From a virus: a stretch of DNA of 64,000 nt. The position numbers and the translations under genes were made by a program. Location: positions 24,935 through 88,934 of IMG/VR virus record IMGVR_UViG_3300034418_011250. One strand, given 5' to 3'. Under the pieces are notes generated by a model that saw only the letters and a program-made list of their open reading frames with translations, did not search any database and had not been told where the DNA came from. Position 1 is the stretch's first letter. Every line of letters begins with the position of its first letter. Of the stretch, positions 46,108 to 55,761 are shown in pieces.

Positions 46108-48324
46108 TTAACCTCCTATCTCGCTAAATGACACACCTGTCCTCACCGCAATGAAGTTAAGTGTGATAAAGTTAATTGAACGAGCAGGTTTGATATAAAT
46201 GTCTGCAACAAATTCATTTCGGTCAATTACCTCGCCTGTATTGTTTGAGCTATCGCAAACAACACTAAAGTCAGTAATACCTCTTCTTCCTTGAACTTGT
46301 CTCAAGAAAGGCTCAACGAGTGCTTTAAACTGCGCTTGAGTAAACGCATCGTTGAACTCAAACAATTGGAATTTAGCTGCTCTTGCAATAGATTTTTCAA
46401 GTACCAAGAACAATCTTCGTACGTTGATTCTATCAAATGCACTTGGTTTGGCCAAAGCAGTCTTGTCACCGAAGAGTAGTGTTCCTTGTCCTGGAAATGT
46501 AACAACAGGGTTGACTCTGGCAGGATAAAGAATATCTCTTTGAGATTTGGTTGGATTGTATGCCAACTTTACTGCGCCTCTAATTTGACCTCTGTTTAAA
46601 CCTCCTGGAGAGAACCAAGGATCAGCAACATTGTCAGTATTAGCACATAGACCTGCAATGTCACCATTCAATGGAACATATCGGTATACATCATTGTATC
46701 GATCATACATGTACTTGTATCCGGAATCGAATACTGCGTATGAAGAACTTGCGATTCCATCAAAGAATTCTTTGACGTTTGTAGTCTGAGTAATACCGCT
46801 AGTAATACCAACAACGTCTTGTCTTCTTGGTGAAACGAAAGCAACACAGTCTTTTCTGCCTTCAACCAAGTCAATCATACCAACAACATGAGTAGTACCA
46901 TATGTACTGTCTGGAGTTTTGCCACCCATTACTAAATTGATATCCACAATATCTGGGTCAGCAAAATAATCATATGCTAACAATGTTTCACCAGCAGTTG
47001 GTGAAAAGTCATCAGCAGCTGTTGACAATGTATCAGCAATAGGTAATGCTGGAGCAGCAAATGATGTATCTGTACTTACTGAAGTTTTATCTTCTCCCCA
47101 ATCAGTTCCAGATTGATCATGATCCATCCACCAAACATATGCTGAATTTCTATTCATAATGTCAACATAGTAATTTGTTCCACCTTGAGATGTTCTTGCT
47201 TTTGGGTGTTTAGAAACAAATTCGAATGTTTCGATTACAGCATTGCCTCTGTTTCCAGCAACATCGCTGTCATAACCAGTAATTTTCCCTTGAGTATCAT
47301 ATACTACAATATGCATCTCATCGACTGAAGATCCAAGTCCAACTCCTGTAGCCCAATCAGAAGTTCCTGGAGCAGCATCAAATAGATCGTAGTATTTCCA
47401 TCTTCTTCTAATCTTAGTTCCAGAAGCAATTTCGGTTTTTACTCCGCCACCTTTTGGATCATCAAATCTGCGAATGGTCAAGTTTCCTGCACCAGAAGAA
47501 GCAGAAATAGCAGTTACTTCATATTGTTGACCAGAAGCAGTTTCTTGGAAAAATACAACATCTCCAACTTGAAATCCTGAAGTTTCATCTACTGCAATAG
47601 AAGTTTCTCCAATAGGCTCAGTAGCCGTAGTTTCTGCAACATCAGCTGTCTCATATGCTGCAGCACTTGCGCAAATTGAAACACCTAATGAATTGCCCCA
47701 TTCTCCTGGATACTTAGATGCCCAGTTACCAAAAGAACCTTGTCCATCAGCATAGTTGTTATCATAGTCATCATCATTGGTAATTTTAGCTCCCAATTTT
47801 ACGCTAATATTTCCTGTTCCAGCTGCTGGAGCAGAATCAAAAGTGATTGATGATCCGCTTACAGAAAATGCTGTGGTAGTAACAAATGTTGTCCCATCTG
47901 CTGTAGTATTATCTACTCTTACATACAACAAATCAGCATCACTTACTGATTGAGCCATTGTAAATACAGTTGTTGAACCATCTCCATCTGGAGCATCAGA
48001 ACCATCTGAATTAGAATTGTTTGTCAACAATTCTACACCGCCACCTGAAACTGCATTTCTTGCACCTGTTTCAATTCTGACAACTCTGAGAGCATTGCCA
48101 TATTGCAAGAAGTTTGCAGCTGTAAACCAATTTTCAAAGTTTGTATTATTTGGTTTACCAAATACTTGAATCAATTCCCGTTCTGAACCAATTGGAATAA
48201 CTTCATTCATTGGGCCTTTTTCAAATGCACCAACTATTGCACCAATGGAAGTAGCAGAAGCAGGAACGACATTCGTCAAGTCTATCTCTTTTACGAGAAC
48301 ACCTGGACTTACTTGAAATGCCAT
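46108..48324 (-). CDS. gp18: Tail sheath protein gp18
   Basis: SPGVLVKEIDLT, PWFSPGGLNRG, FDRINVRRLF, KPARSINFI. Confidence 0.97.
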   Translation of the reverse strand: MAFQVSPGVLVKEIDLTNVVPASATSIGAIVGAFEKGPMNEVIPIGSERELIQVFGKPNNTNFENWFTAANFLQYGNALRVVRIETGARNAVSGGGVELLTNNSNSDGSDAPDGDGSTTVFTMAQSVSDADLLYVRVDNTTADGTTFVTTTAFSVSGSSITFDSAPAAGTGNISVKLGAKITNDDDYDNNYADGQGSFGNWASKYPGEWGNSLGVSICASAAAYETADVAETTATEPIGETSIAVDETSGFQVGDVVFFQETASGQQYEVTAISASSGAGNLTIRRFDDPKGGGVKTEIASGTKIRRRWKYYDLFDAAPGTSDWATGVGLGSSVDEMHIVVYDTQGKITGYDSDVAGNRGNAVIETFEFVSKHPKARTSQGGTNYYVDIMNRNSAYVWWMDHDQSGTDWGEDKTSVSTDTSFAAPALPIADTLSTAADDFSPTAGETLLAYDYFADPDIVDINLVMGGKTPDSTYGTTHVVGMIDLVEGRKDCVAFVSPRRQDVVGITSGITQTTNVKEFFDGIASSSYAVFDSGYKYMYDRYNDVYRYVPLNGDIAGLCANTDNVADPWFSPGGLNRGQIRGAVKLAYNPTKSQRDILYPARVNPVVTFPGQGTLLFGDKTALAKPSAFDRINVRRLFLVLEKSIARAAKFQLFEFNDAFTQAQFKALVEPFLRQVQGRRGITDFSVVCDSSNNTGEVIDRNEFVADIYIKPARSINFITLNFIAVRTGVSFSEIGG

Positions 48325-48379
48325 TTTTCATTTCTCCTAAAAATGTTGAAAATCATATAGTTTAAGTTTTCAATACAAT

Positions 48380-48387
48380 TATTTATA
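48380..48387 (-). promoter_or_regulatory. Late promoter TATAAATA for gp18
   Basis: Exact match, intergenic. Confidence 0.8.
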
Positions 48388-48399
48388 AAAAATGAATTT

Positions 48400-49563
48400 T
48401 CACCATGGTGTGTCATATGAACGAACTACAGAACTCCATTTTGTTCCATATTCATCAATAACTGATTCTTCATTATGATAATCGGTAACACCATCATCGA
48501 TAAATCCAAATGGAGCCATGTCTTGCTCAATCTGACTTTGTTGTTCTAAAAACAATCTGGATCGGATGTCATCATTCGTAAGTTCTTTGAAATACTGTTG
48601 TTGAACAGCCCAACCAAAAATCACACAGCACATTGCTAAATCGTCCGTATGTCCCTCCTCGGCTTCATAGGACTGTCCTCTCTGAATGAATGTTGACCAT
48701 TCAGTGATTAGGTCGTAATCTTGTATGATTAACTTGTCAGTCTCAATGATTTGTTTTATATTAGAACATCCTGTTGATTTGACTGCCTTTGAAGTTCGGA
48801 CTCCCAGTTGAGCCTTTCCACCTGAGAAACCTCCACCAAGAATTTGTCCTGCTCGCCCACGCATAGCAGCCATGATCAAATTTCCGTACTCTAGATCGAA
48901 CTGAAGAGCATGCGCCACCTGCTCACCAATGTCATTTACTTCAACAAGAACATGAGCTGTGTTGTATGCTCTTGCAATCTCACTAATAATATTCGGAAAC
49001 AACATTGGTTTGATTTCATTGTTTCGATATTTGGCAGAAATCTTGTAAGGAACAGTTGTTACATCAAAAACAATAAATGCTGAATAGTCATTGCTTAGTC
49101 CTCTTGCCACATCAGCAACCAGAAAATATGTGTTGCCTTCTATCGGATTTTCATAGACATCCAATCCTGCATTTGATTTGATTGGATTTCGATATGCCAT
49201 TGTTCGTATCTTAGTCGGATGTATTAGTGTATTTGTTGAACCTAAGAAATTGCAATTATGAGATACAATATTATTAGTATAGTATAAATTTTCTTTTTCT
49301 ACTTCAACCAAATCATATAAATCTATTTCATTTTCAACATCTTCTGAATATAGAATTTGTTTCCCATTTAAATACTCACCAACAGATAATGTTTTTGCAA
49401 GTATTTTACTCTCTCCAAAAGCATGATCCAATGAGCATTTTATTTCTGTTTTATCCTCAAAAATAATGTGCCTATAAACATTCTTTTTAATTTGTCTGAT
49501 TCCTCTAAAATCAGACCAACCTGTTGGTGTTAAAACGCAATAACTATTATTCTCTTTAAACAT
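48400..49563 (-). CDS. gp17: Terminase large subunit gp17, C-terminal nuclease half, preceded by a 103-aa C-intein
   Basis: Intein ends VSHN followed by +1 Cys (CNFLGS); then DVARG, DYSAF, EVNDIG, HTDDLAM. Confidence 0.93.
   Translation of the reverse strand: MFKENNSYCVLTPTGWSDFRGIRQIKKNVYRHIIFEDKTEIKCSLDHAFGESKILAKTLSVGEYLNGKQILYSEDVENEIDLYDLVEVEKENLYYTNNIVSHNCNFLGSTNTLIHPTKIRTMAYRNPIKSNAGLDVYENPIEGNTYFLVADVARGLSNDYSAFIVFDVTTVPYKISAKYRNNEIKPMLFPNIISEIARAYNTAHVLVEVNDIGEQVAHALQFDLEYGNLIMAAMRGRAGQILGGGFSGGKAQLGVRTSKAVKSTGCSNIKQIIETDKLIIQDYDLITEWSTFIQRGQSYEAEEGHTDDLAMCCVIFGWAVQQQYFKELTNDDIRSRLFLEQQSQIEQDMAPFGFIDDGVTDYHNEESVIDEYGTKWSSVVRSYDTPW
49255..49563 (-). mobile_element. C-terminal fragment (IntC) of an atypically split intein
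   Basis: Block B-like CSLDH, block F LYD, terminal SHN/C; resembles the AceL-TerL IntC as recalled. Confidence 0.9.
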
Positions 49564-50128
49564 CTTTCCATGTTTTTCTTAATACTATGTTTTTAATATT
49601 TTGAGGTGTCACTTGATAATCTTTTGAATATTTTAAAGAAAATGCTTGAATATATGACATGGCTCTTCCATTTTTTTGAATAACACCAACTCCTTCAATT
49701 TCTGGTTTAGTTTCAAAAATTTTTCTTACTTGAATAACATCTTCTTTGGTCATTTTTGTTGGTTTCCAACATTTACCTTTTCTTATTTTACTCCATCTCT
49801 CTTTAGTTTCTTTGCTAAAAGCATTTTTTACATTTTTATTCCATGGAGTTGTTCCTTTTGGCACGCCACCTATACCCTTTCTAGAATAATCTTCAAATCC
49901 TTCACCACCTGGAGACAAATTCCATCCATTGCCATATGTTTCAAATTTAGATATTAAATGAATTTCTAAATTTTTAGCTTGTTCACGTTCTAAATTTTCA
50001 TATAACACATGAAAAGTATGAGGTGGTTTTTCTCTTTTATGAGAACTTCTTCTTCCTATTGGATTTATTGTTTGTCCAACATATTTAATTTTTTCATCTA
50101 AATCTTTTAAACAATATATTGAATACAT
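49556..50128 (-). CDS. Free-standing GIY-YIG homing endonuclease with NUMOD3-like and HTH C-terminal modules
   Basis: SIYCL...YVGQT...R...E...GWN; KGTTPWNK, SKETKERWS; VTPQNIKNIV.RKTWK. Confidence 0.85.
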   Translation of the reverse strand: MYSIYCLKDLDEKIKYVGQTINPIGRRSSHKREKPPHTFHVLYENLEREQAKNLEIHLISKFETYGNGWNLSPGGEGFEDYSRKGIGGVPKGTTPWNKNVKNAFSKETKERWSKIRKGKCWKPTKMTKEDVIQVRKIFETKPEIEGVGVIQKNGRAMSYIQAFSLKYSKDYQVTPQNIKNIVLRKTWKDV

Positions 50129-50173
50129 AATTCTCCTTTAGATTTTATAATATTATTTATAAATCCAAAGAAT
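50129..50173 (-). promoter_or_regulatory. Late promoter (TATAAATA 50154-50161) inside an SD-occluding hairpin upstream of the endonuclease
   Basis: mRNA AAUUCUUUGGAUUUAUA...UAUAAAAUCUAAAGGAGAAUU-AUG can pair over the SD. Confidence 0.7.
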
Positions 50174-50188
50174 TTACACTCAACATTT

Positions 50189-51073
50189 TTAAAATAATTC
50201 TTCTATTTTAATAGTTTTAATTTCTTTGCTTTGTTTATGCATAACAACAATATTAGTATCTCCAGAAACGCATTCAAATTCTCTCGAGAATTGTTCTGAA
50301 CTTGTGTTTGCAATTGTTTCAGTTTTCCATTTTTCATCTCTTCCAGGAATCTCGCTCCAATGAACTTCTATTGGAACATATGAATTGATTTGATTCTCTG
50401 CATCACTCCAAAGTTTATAAAACAAATTCATACCATTTGGTGTGGAAATGATTACAACCTTTGTTGATTTACCAGAAGAAATGGTGGGATAAACAGAAGA
50501 GAAAAAGTCTTCAGCAATGTTCTGTGGAACAAAGGCAAATTCATCCAAAAAAATCATGTTATAAGAACCGCCACGAACTGCCGAAGAAGAGGTTGCAGAG
50601 GCAACAATTCTTGAACCGTTTTCTAGTTCAAGAGAACCTTTGTTCCAAGAAAGCACACCTTGTTGTAACCATTTAGGAAGATTCTCATAAGCAAGTTGAA
50701 GTCTTGATAAAATATCTCTTGCAGTAGCTGCTTTGTTTGCAAGAATGGCAACATTGATATTGTTATTGAAAAGAACATAATGTAGAATGTAGGCAACCAG
50801 TGTGGTTGTTTTTCCGCTCTGCCGAGGTAATTTGCATATGGTAAATCTATTGTTGTGAATTGTGCCGACAATATCCTTCTGAAAAGGAAAAAGTTTGAAC
50901 GGCACAACACCTTCATCTAGTGAAACAATCTTGATATAGTTTTCCACAAAATACAGTGGATCTTCCATGCATCTCTGGTATTCAGAGATTGTTTCTTCTG
51001 TCCATTCTACTGCAACGTTGGCACGTTTGAGAAGAGGATTTCCTAAGTATGCCGAATTATCATCAAGTTTCAT
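50189..51073 (-). CDS. gp17: Terminase large subunit gp17, N-terminal ATPase half, ending in a 27-aa N-intein
   Basis: YLGNPLLK, PRQSGKTT, FLDEFAF, ISTPNG; ends FSREFE|CVSGDT...IEELF. Confidence 0.95.
   Translation of the reverse strand: MKLDDNSAYLGNPLLKRANVAVEWTEETISEYQRCMEDPLYFVENYIKIVSLDEGVVPFKLFPFQKDIVGTIHNNRFTICKLPRQSGKTTTLVAYILHYVLFNNNINVAILANKAATARDILSRLQLAYENLPKWLQQGVLSWNKGSLELENGSRIVASATSSSAVRGGSYNMIFLDEFAFVPQNIAEDFFSSVYPTISSGKSTKVVIISTPNGMNLFYKLWSDAENQINSYVPIEVHWSEIPGRDEKWKTETIANTSSEQFSREFECVSGDTNIVVMHKQSKEIKTIKIEELF
50192..50272 (-). mobile_element. N-terminal fragment (IntN, 27 aa) of an atypically split intein
   Basis: Block A CVSGDTNIVV...IKIEEL then stop. Confidence 0.9.
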
Positions 51074-51086
51074 AGTGATTTCTGTA

Positions 51087-51113
51087 AATTGCCTCTTTTA
51101 GAAAGAGGCAATT
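51087..51113 (-). terminator. 12-bp hairpin downstream of the fibre-domain gene
   Basis: AATTGCCTCTTT-3 nt-AAAGAGGCAATT. Confidence 0.65.
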
Positions 51114-51119
51114 ATTTAT

Positions 51120-52787
51120 TTAGCGAGCATTGCTGTAAATGAATGGTTGTTCTGCGAAGGACATAAAGATGTAGGTTTCACCGCTTTGATTGTATTCCCC
51201 ACCATTCGCTCTAATTTTGAATCCATTAGATAAAAAGTCTGCACCTGAAAAAGAAAATTCTTGATTAGGCAAATTAGCAGAAAGACCTGGAAGGTTTCCG
51301 TTATACGGACCCCTTGTACTGTCATGGACATACCAATTGTGGTAGGATAATCCCTGTGTTGCAGATTTTATCATCACAAACGCAGGACGGAAACCACAGT
51401 ACACAAACGGACCATCGGTTGACCCATTGCCTGTGTAGGAACCGAACTTACTGTAGCCTTCAACCGAATGCCAGCAGTAGGATATGTTAGTACCGCCACT
51501 TGGATTTAAAGCGGCAGATGTTCCGACAGTAAATGTTGATGATGTTGGTGCTGTGTTATTCCAAATTGCTGTTTCAGTAATTGCCGCTACTGAGCTGTTA
51601 AGTTGAAGCCATTTTGTTGCGCCTAGTCCAGAGTGGTATACCAACCAGTTTTGAGCATAGCTTCTACCTTTAATAATAACCATATCAGGCGCACTAGATA
51701 GACCATGACCAACAGTAGCCACTGAACCTGTACCAGTCCAACTCACAATACTAAACCCTGCATCTGTATTAGCAGACACAGTAGAAGTGATTGAGCCGTC
51801 ATTGTTGGTTACGGCTGCACCTCCTGCTTTCCAGCACCAAGCAACGTAGGTTACGCCTGAGTCGTTTAGCTCAGGATTATTTCCAAGTGTGAACCCATCA
51901 GCATCTAGTGACGTTAATACAGCCGTATTTGTGTTTTCAGAATTTGTTAAGTTAGGAAGTACGCCTTTATTACCACCACGAATAACATCATAAATCCAAT
52001 GATTATATGCAGCACTTCTTGCTTTTGCCCACACCATGTCTGCAGCAAACCCGACACCAGTAATGGATTGCGTAGAGCCATTACCTGTATACAACACAGT
52101 CTTAAAGTAATCCTGCGGAGTATCACCAGTAACATCTGGTGTCATTTCTGGCAGGTTGGCAGTACAAAGTGCTAGTGCGCCAGTTGGTGGTTCGTAATAG
52201 AATTGACCGTATCCTTCAGAATCAGTTGCTCCAGCACCCCCAGAAGCAGTGCCAGCAAAACTTTGATCTTGACCAAAATTCAAAACAATTCCTCTGTCTG
52301 TAGTATATGTAGCAAACCAAATTTCTAGAATATTTGTACTGCAATTGAAGGTTAAATCAGGATTCTGACCATTCTCTATTTCAATCTTTCGTGCAGCACT
52401 CCAGTTTCCATTTGACTGTCTCCATAATTTGCCTTCACTAACATCTATTACCCAACTAACTATTTCATTTTGTCCAACCTGACGATGAACATTAGTTGGA
52501 TTTAAATTTGCACCGTTTTCCTCAAATATCGCTATATATCCATTTGTAGCAGAAGTAGATCCTACACCTCTTGCTTCAAAATAAACTTTATTGATGCCTG
52601 TTTTTGATGGAATTATTGAGGGAAGTTCCCCCGAACCCGCAGTTCCAGATGCAACAGTTTTAAGATTACCTTCCGACAATATTTGAGCGGAATTAGCTCC
52701 GCCTAAATCTTTCCATCCTAAAGGATTCAACGTAGCAAAATTATTCGTTGGACTGTCAGATACAATATCGTGATTACTAAATGCCAT
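51120..52787 (-). CDS. Virion fibre/adhesin-like protein (SPRY/lectin-like plus repeated YTGNG domains)
   Basis: DSPTNNFATLNP, NFGQD, LYTGNGS, AWCWKAGG, GFSIVSWTGTG, YCWHSVEGYSKFGSYTGNG, FAEQPF. Confidence 0.7.
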   Translation of the reverse strand: MAFSNHDIVSDSPTNNFATLNPLGWKDLGGANSAQILSEGNLKTVASGTAGSGELPSIIPSKTGINKVYFEARGVGSTSATNGYIAIFEENGANLNPTNVHRQVGQNEIVSWVIDVSEGKLWRQSNGNWSAARKIEIENGQNPDLTFNCSTNILEIWFATYTTDRGIVLNFGQDQSFAGTASGGAGATDSEGYGQFYYEPPTGALALCTANLPEMTPDVTGDTPQDYFKTVLYTGNGSTQSITGVGFAADMVWAKARSAAYNHWIYDVIRGGNKGVLPNLTNSENTNTAVLTSLDADGFTLGNNPELNDSGVTYVAWCWKAGGAAVTNNDGSITSTVSANTDAGFSIVSWTGTGSVATVGHGLSSAPDMVIIKGRSYAQNWLVYHSGLGATKWLQLNSSVAAITETAIWNNTAPTSSTFTVGTSAALNPSGGTNISYCWHSVEGYSKFGSYTGNGSTDGPFVYCGFRPAFVMIKSATQGLSYHNWYVHDSTRGPYNGNLPGLSANLPNQEFSFSGADFLSNGFKIRANGGEYNQSGETYIFMSFAEQPFIYSNAR

Positions 52788-52814
52788 TTTTATTTTCTCC
52801 TAGTTTTGTTCTTT

Positions 52815-55346
52815 TTAGCTTGCAGTCCAGTGATTGCCTCTACCAGAGACATCATTGATTTGTGTGATTGTTGTTCCGTTGTATACTATGCTTGCAGGAC
52901 TGAAGTCAAGATGGAATCCATTTGTGCCGTAACTATCTGTTGCTGTATCCCCATCAGATGCTGTTGCTGTACCAGATCCAGCAGTGCTGAATGCGTTATA
53001 AGGAACCCAAATATTGTCTTTAAATTCGCCAAAGAAGTATTGGTCTAACGCTTGCCCGTCAATAAATTGGATGTTCGCTTTATAGCATCGTGAATACCTG
53101 TCATTATAGCTTGGTCTTTTGCCAATTGCATGAAGCCGATTATGATTTAACCCAAGAGCAATACTTTGCCCAATTCCAGTATAACTAGAATAAGAAACTT
53201 CCTTACCATTTACAAAGAAATTTATTCTCTTATCTGCTTGGGAGTTGGTTGTATCTGCTCTCATTACAATGTGCATCCATGCTGAATAATCTCTATACAG
53301 ACCTTGAGAGGAAGCATTTAATGTAACAGACCCATTGTAATGCAAATATGTCAAAGTATTCCCATCAATTCTAAAAACCCATTCATTACTACCTTGAGAA
53401 GTGTCAAATAGAGTGACTATTGATTCGGAAGTGTTTTTAACCCAAACAGACCATGTCCAAGTTGTTGTTGATGTCCCTGTGAAATTAGTTGGAGTTCTTG
53501 TTAGGGAACTACCCCCATCAAACCGTAATGACTGGTCAATCGGGTAGGCGTAGACAGGAGTAGGTGTAACTACTGTAATGGTATAAACACGATTATCAGT
53601 TTTTACATTATCAGTTTCGGCAGAACGAGCAGCTGCCACAACTGTGAAATTATAAACAGCAGGTGTAACAGAACTCAAATCAGCTGTTCCAGAAAGCGCA
53701 CCTGTATTTTCATCAATTGCCAAATTGGAAAGTTCGGTTGCCACATTGGTAAGAGAATATGTAATAGTATCATCAGGGTCAACTGGATTGGCATCAAGAG
53801 TTGTAGTTGTAAGAGTTGAATAATCTTGACTTGTTGTTGCAATTAATGATCCAACTGATCCAGATGCTTCATTGAATGTTGGAGTTGGAGCATATTCAAA
53901 TGTGTCAGCAAGAGTATCTTCTTTAGAATATCCACTTGCTGGATTTGTAACTTTCAAGTCAAATCTTTCATCTCCAGAAACTTGTCCTACTGTTTCAATC
54001 GCAGTTGCCATGGCAGCAGTTGTTTGGAATCTGATTTGCGTAGCCGAATCAAAAGTCACAGATGATGCCACATATGGTGTGCTGTCGGGTGCCAACAAAG
54101 TAACAGTTGGAGCATCTTTAAATCCTGTTCCTGTTACTGTGATTTCTGTTCCAGATTGTGAAATATAATCTTGGTCAACACTGGTAACAGTTGGAGCAGA
54201 AACATTACCTTCCAAGGTAATTACAAAATCTCTTGTAGATGTTCTTGTAATACTGGTTTGGTCTGATACTACACTAGCAGTAACCGTAAATGTATAACCA
54301 GTAGAAGTATCATCGGCAGGAAATCCATTTGTTGGAATTCCACCTTCCAATGCACCTGTAGTTGAATTAATTGTCAATCCAGTAAGTTCTGTTGGAAGTG
54401 TAGTAATTGCGTAAGTAACTGCTCCGTCATCAGGATCAAGAGAGATTGCCGAAATAGTCACACCAAGGTCAGCAAATGCATCAGCATTTGGATCATTTGT
54501 TGTAGCTGTTACAAGTCCGAGAGGACTTGCATTTGAAGTCTGGAATGTTGGAGTTGGAGCATATTCAAGAGCATCAGAATTAATAACAAATGAACCATTA
54601 GAATTGAGAATTTTAACATCAAATGGATCTTCTCCAGGTGTTTGTCCAGAAGTAATAACACCAGCAGGAATATCAAAAGTTATTTGATTTGAACTTACAT
54701 AAACCACATTATCTGCTGTGTATTCTGTTGAACCAATTGTATCAATAAGAACAACACTTACACCTTCCATGAATCCAGTACCATTTACTGTAATAGTATC
54801 TCCAGCAGTCTGGAACCATGCTTCACTAGCAGAATTCAATATACCACCAACATTAATTGTTGGAGTTGATGGAAGAAGTGCTTTTACAGTATTCTCATTT
54901 GCAGCATCAGTTACAATCCAACCTTGTGTTGAATCTACATAAACCAGCTGTACACCACCTCTACTGGCACCAATATCTTTGTAATCAGTAGAACCATTAA
55001 TTTTTGAACCATTTGGATTAATCTGAATGCGATTAGTATAGAAACCATTTGCATCAGTCCCCGTTCTGCTATTTGTTCCAGCATAGTCAACAAGTGAAAC
55101 ATAATTACCCACCGAAGGAGAAGCAGGTAGTGTTACTGTTACCACTCCCAAAGTTGTATCTACAAAATATCCATTGGAAGAAACAGCAGTAAAACTTGAA
55201 GTTTGTACAGCATTTGTCCAATTAGTTCCACCCACACCTTGTGGCAGGGTAACATCAAGTGAAGAAAGATTTAGTGGATTTGCAAGTTTTACAGCTGTAA
55301 TTCCACCATCTGCAATGGCAGTAAGTTTAATTCTCGTTAATGGCAT
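52815..55346 (-). CDS. Virion fibre/adhesin with two IPT/Ig-like repeats and C-terminal LamG/ConA-like domain
   Basis: GYFVDTT...TLPASPSVG...YVDSTQGW; duplicated ITVxGTGF...EYAPTPTF...TGAL; SLRFDG...WTWSVWVK...IDGQAL...YGTNGFHLDF. Confidence 0.7.
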   Translation of the reverse strand: MPLTRIKLTAIADGGITAVKLANPLNLSSLDVTLPQGVGGTNWTNAVQTSSFTAVSSNGYFVDTTLGVVTVTLPASPSVGNYVSLVDYAGTNSRTGTDANGFYTNRIQINPNGSKINGSTDYKDIGASRGGVQLVYVDSTQGWIVTDAANENTVKALLPSTPTINVGGILNSASEAWFQTAGDTITVNGTGFMEGVSVVLIDTIGSTEYTADNVVYVSSNQITFDIPAGVITSGQTPGEDPFDVKILNSNGSFVINSDALEYAPTPTFQTSNASPLGLVTATTNDPNADAFADLGVTISAISLDPDDGAVTYAITTLPTELTGLTINSTTGALEGGIPTNGFPADDTSTGYTFTVTASVVSDQTSITRTSTRDFVITLEGNVSAPTVTSVDQDYISQSGTEITVTGTGFKDAPTVTLLAPDSTPYVASSVTFDSATQIRFQTTAAMATAIETVGQVSGDERFDLKVTNPASGYSKEDTLADTFEYAPTPTFNEASGSVGSLIATTSQDYSTLTTTTLDANPVDPDDTITYSLTNVATELSNLAIDENTGALSGTADLSSVTPAVYNFTVVAAARSAETDNVKTDNRVYTITVVTPTPVYAYPIDQSLRFDGGSSLTRTPTNFTGTSTTTWTWSVWVKNTSESIVTLFDTSQGSNEWVFRIDGNTLTYLHYNGSVTLNASSQGLYRDYSAWMHIVMRADTTNSQADKRINFFVNGKEVSYSSYTGIGQSIALGLNHNRLHAIGKRPSYNDRYSRCYKANIQFIDGQALDQYFFGEFKDNIWVPYNAFSTAGSGTATASDGDTATDSYGTNGFHLDFSPASIVYNGTTITQINDVSGRGNHWTAS

Positions 55347-55761
55347 CTTGTTTTTTATCCTTCAGTAGTTTTTGGAGTTCGGCTGTGCTTCCGACATACA
55401 ATGCGTTTGTTACACTTCTTGGACCTTTATTTGGTTCTTCTTTTACTTTTTTCATTTTTTCTTGAAGTATCATTAATTTGTCAGTAACATCAGCAATATT
55501 TTTAATTAGATTTCCTGCAACTTCATATGCTCTTGGTTGTTCAGATTCTCTTGCAATATGCAAAATACCCTCTATTGCATCTTGTCCACGTTCAACCAAT
55601 GTATATAAATTATCTCTTTGATATTTATAATCATTATCAATATCATCCAGATTTAATTTAGGTTTCAGAATTGGTTTTGGTTTATTCACTACAACTGAAG
55701 TTTGTTCAACCACACTTGTTATTCCCAAAACTTCATCTAATGTATCTGTTGAATTACTCAT
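55327..55761 (-). CDS. gp16: Terminase small subunit gp16
   Basis: DYKYQRDNLY...PRAYEVAGNLIK...NALYVGSTAELQKLL. Confidence 0.92.
   Translation of the reverse strand: MSNSTDTLDEVLGITSVVEQTSVVVNKPKPILKPKLNLDDIDNDYKYQRDNLYTLVERGQDAIEGILHIARESEQPRAYEVAGNLIKNIADVTDKLMILQEKMKKVKEEPNKGPRSVTNALYVGSTAELQKLLKDKKQDAINEN

Noticed and set aside
49556-50191. Group I intron or pseudogene explanation for the broken gp17
   Set aside because: Both flanks carry intact intein motifs that restore the exact extein junction, and the 60-nt non-coding gap is too small for a ribozyme core.
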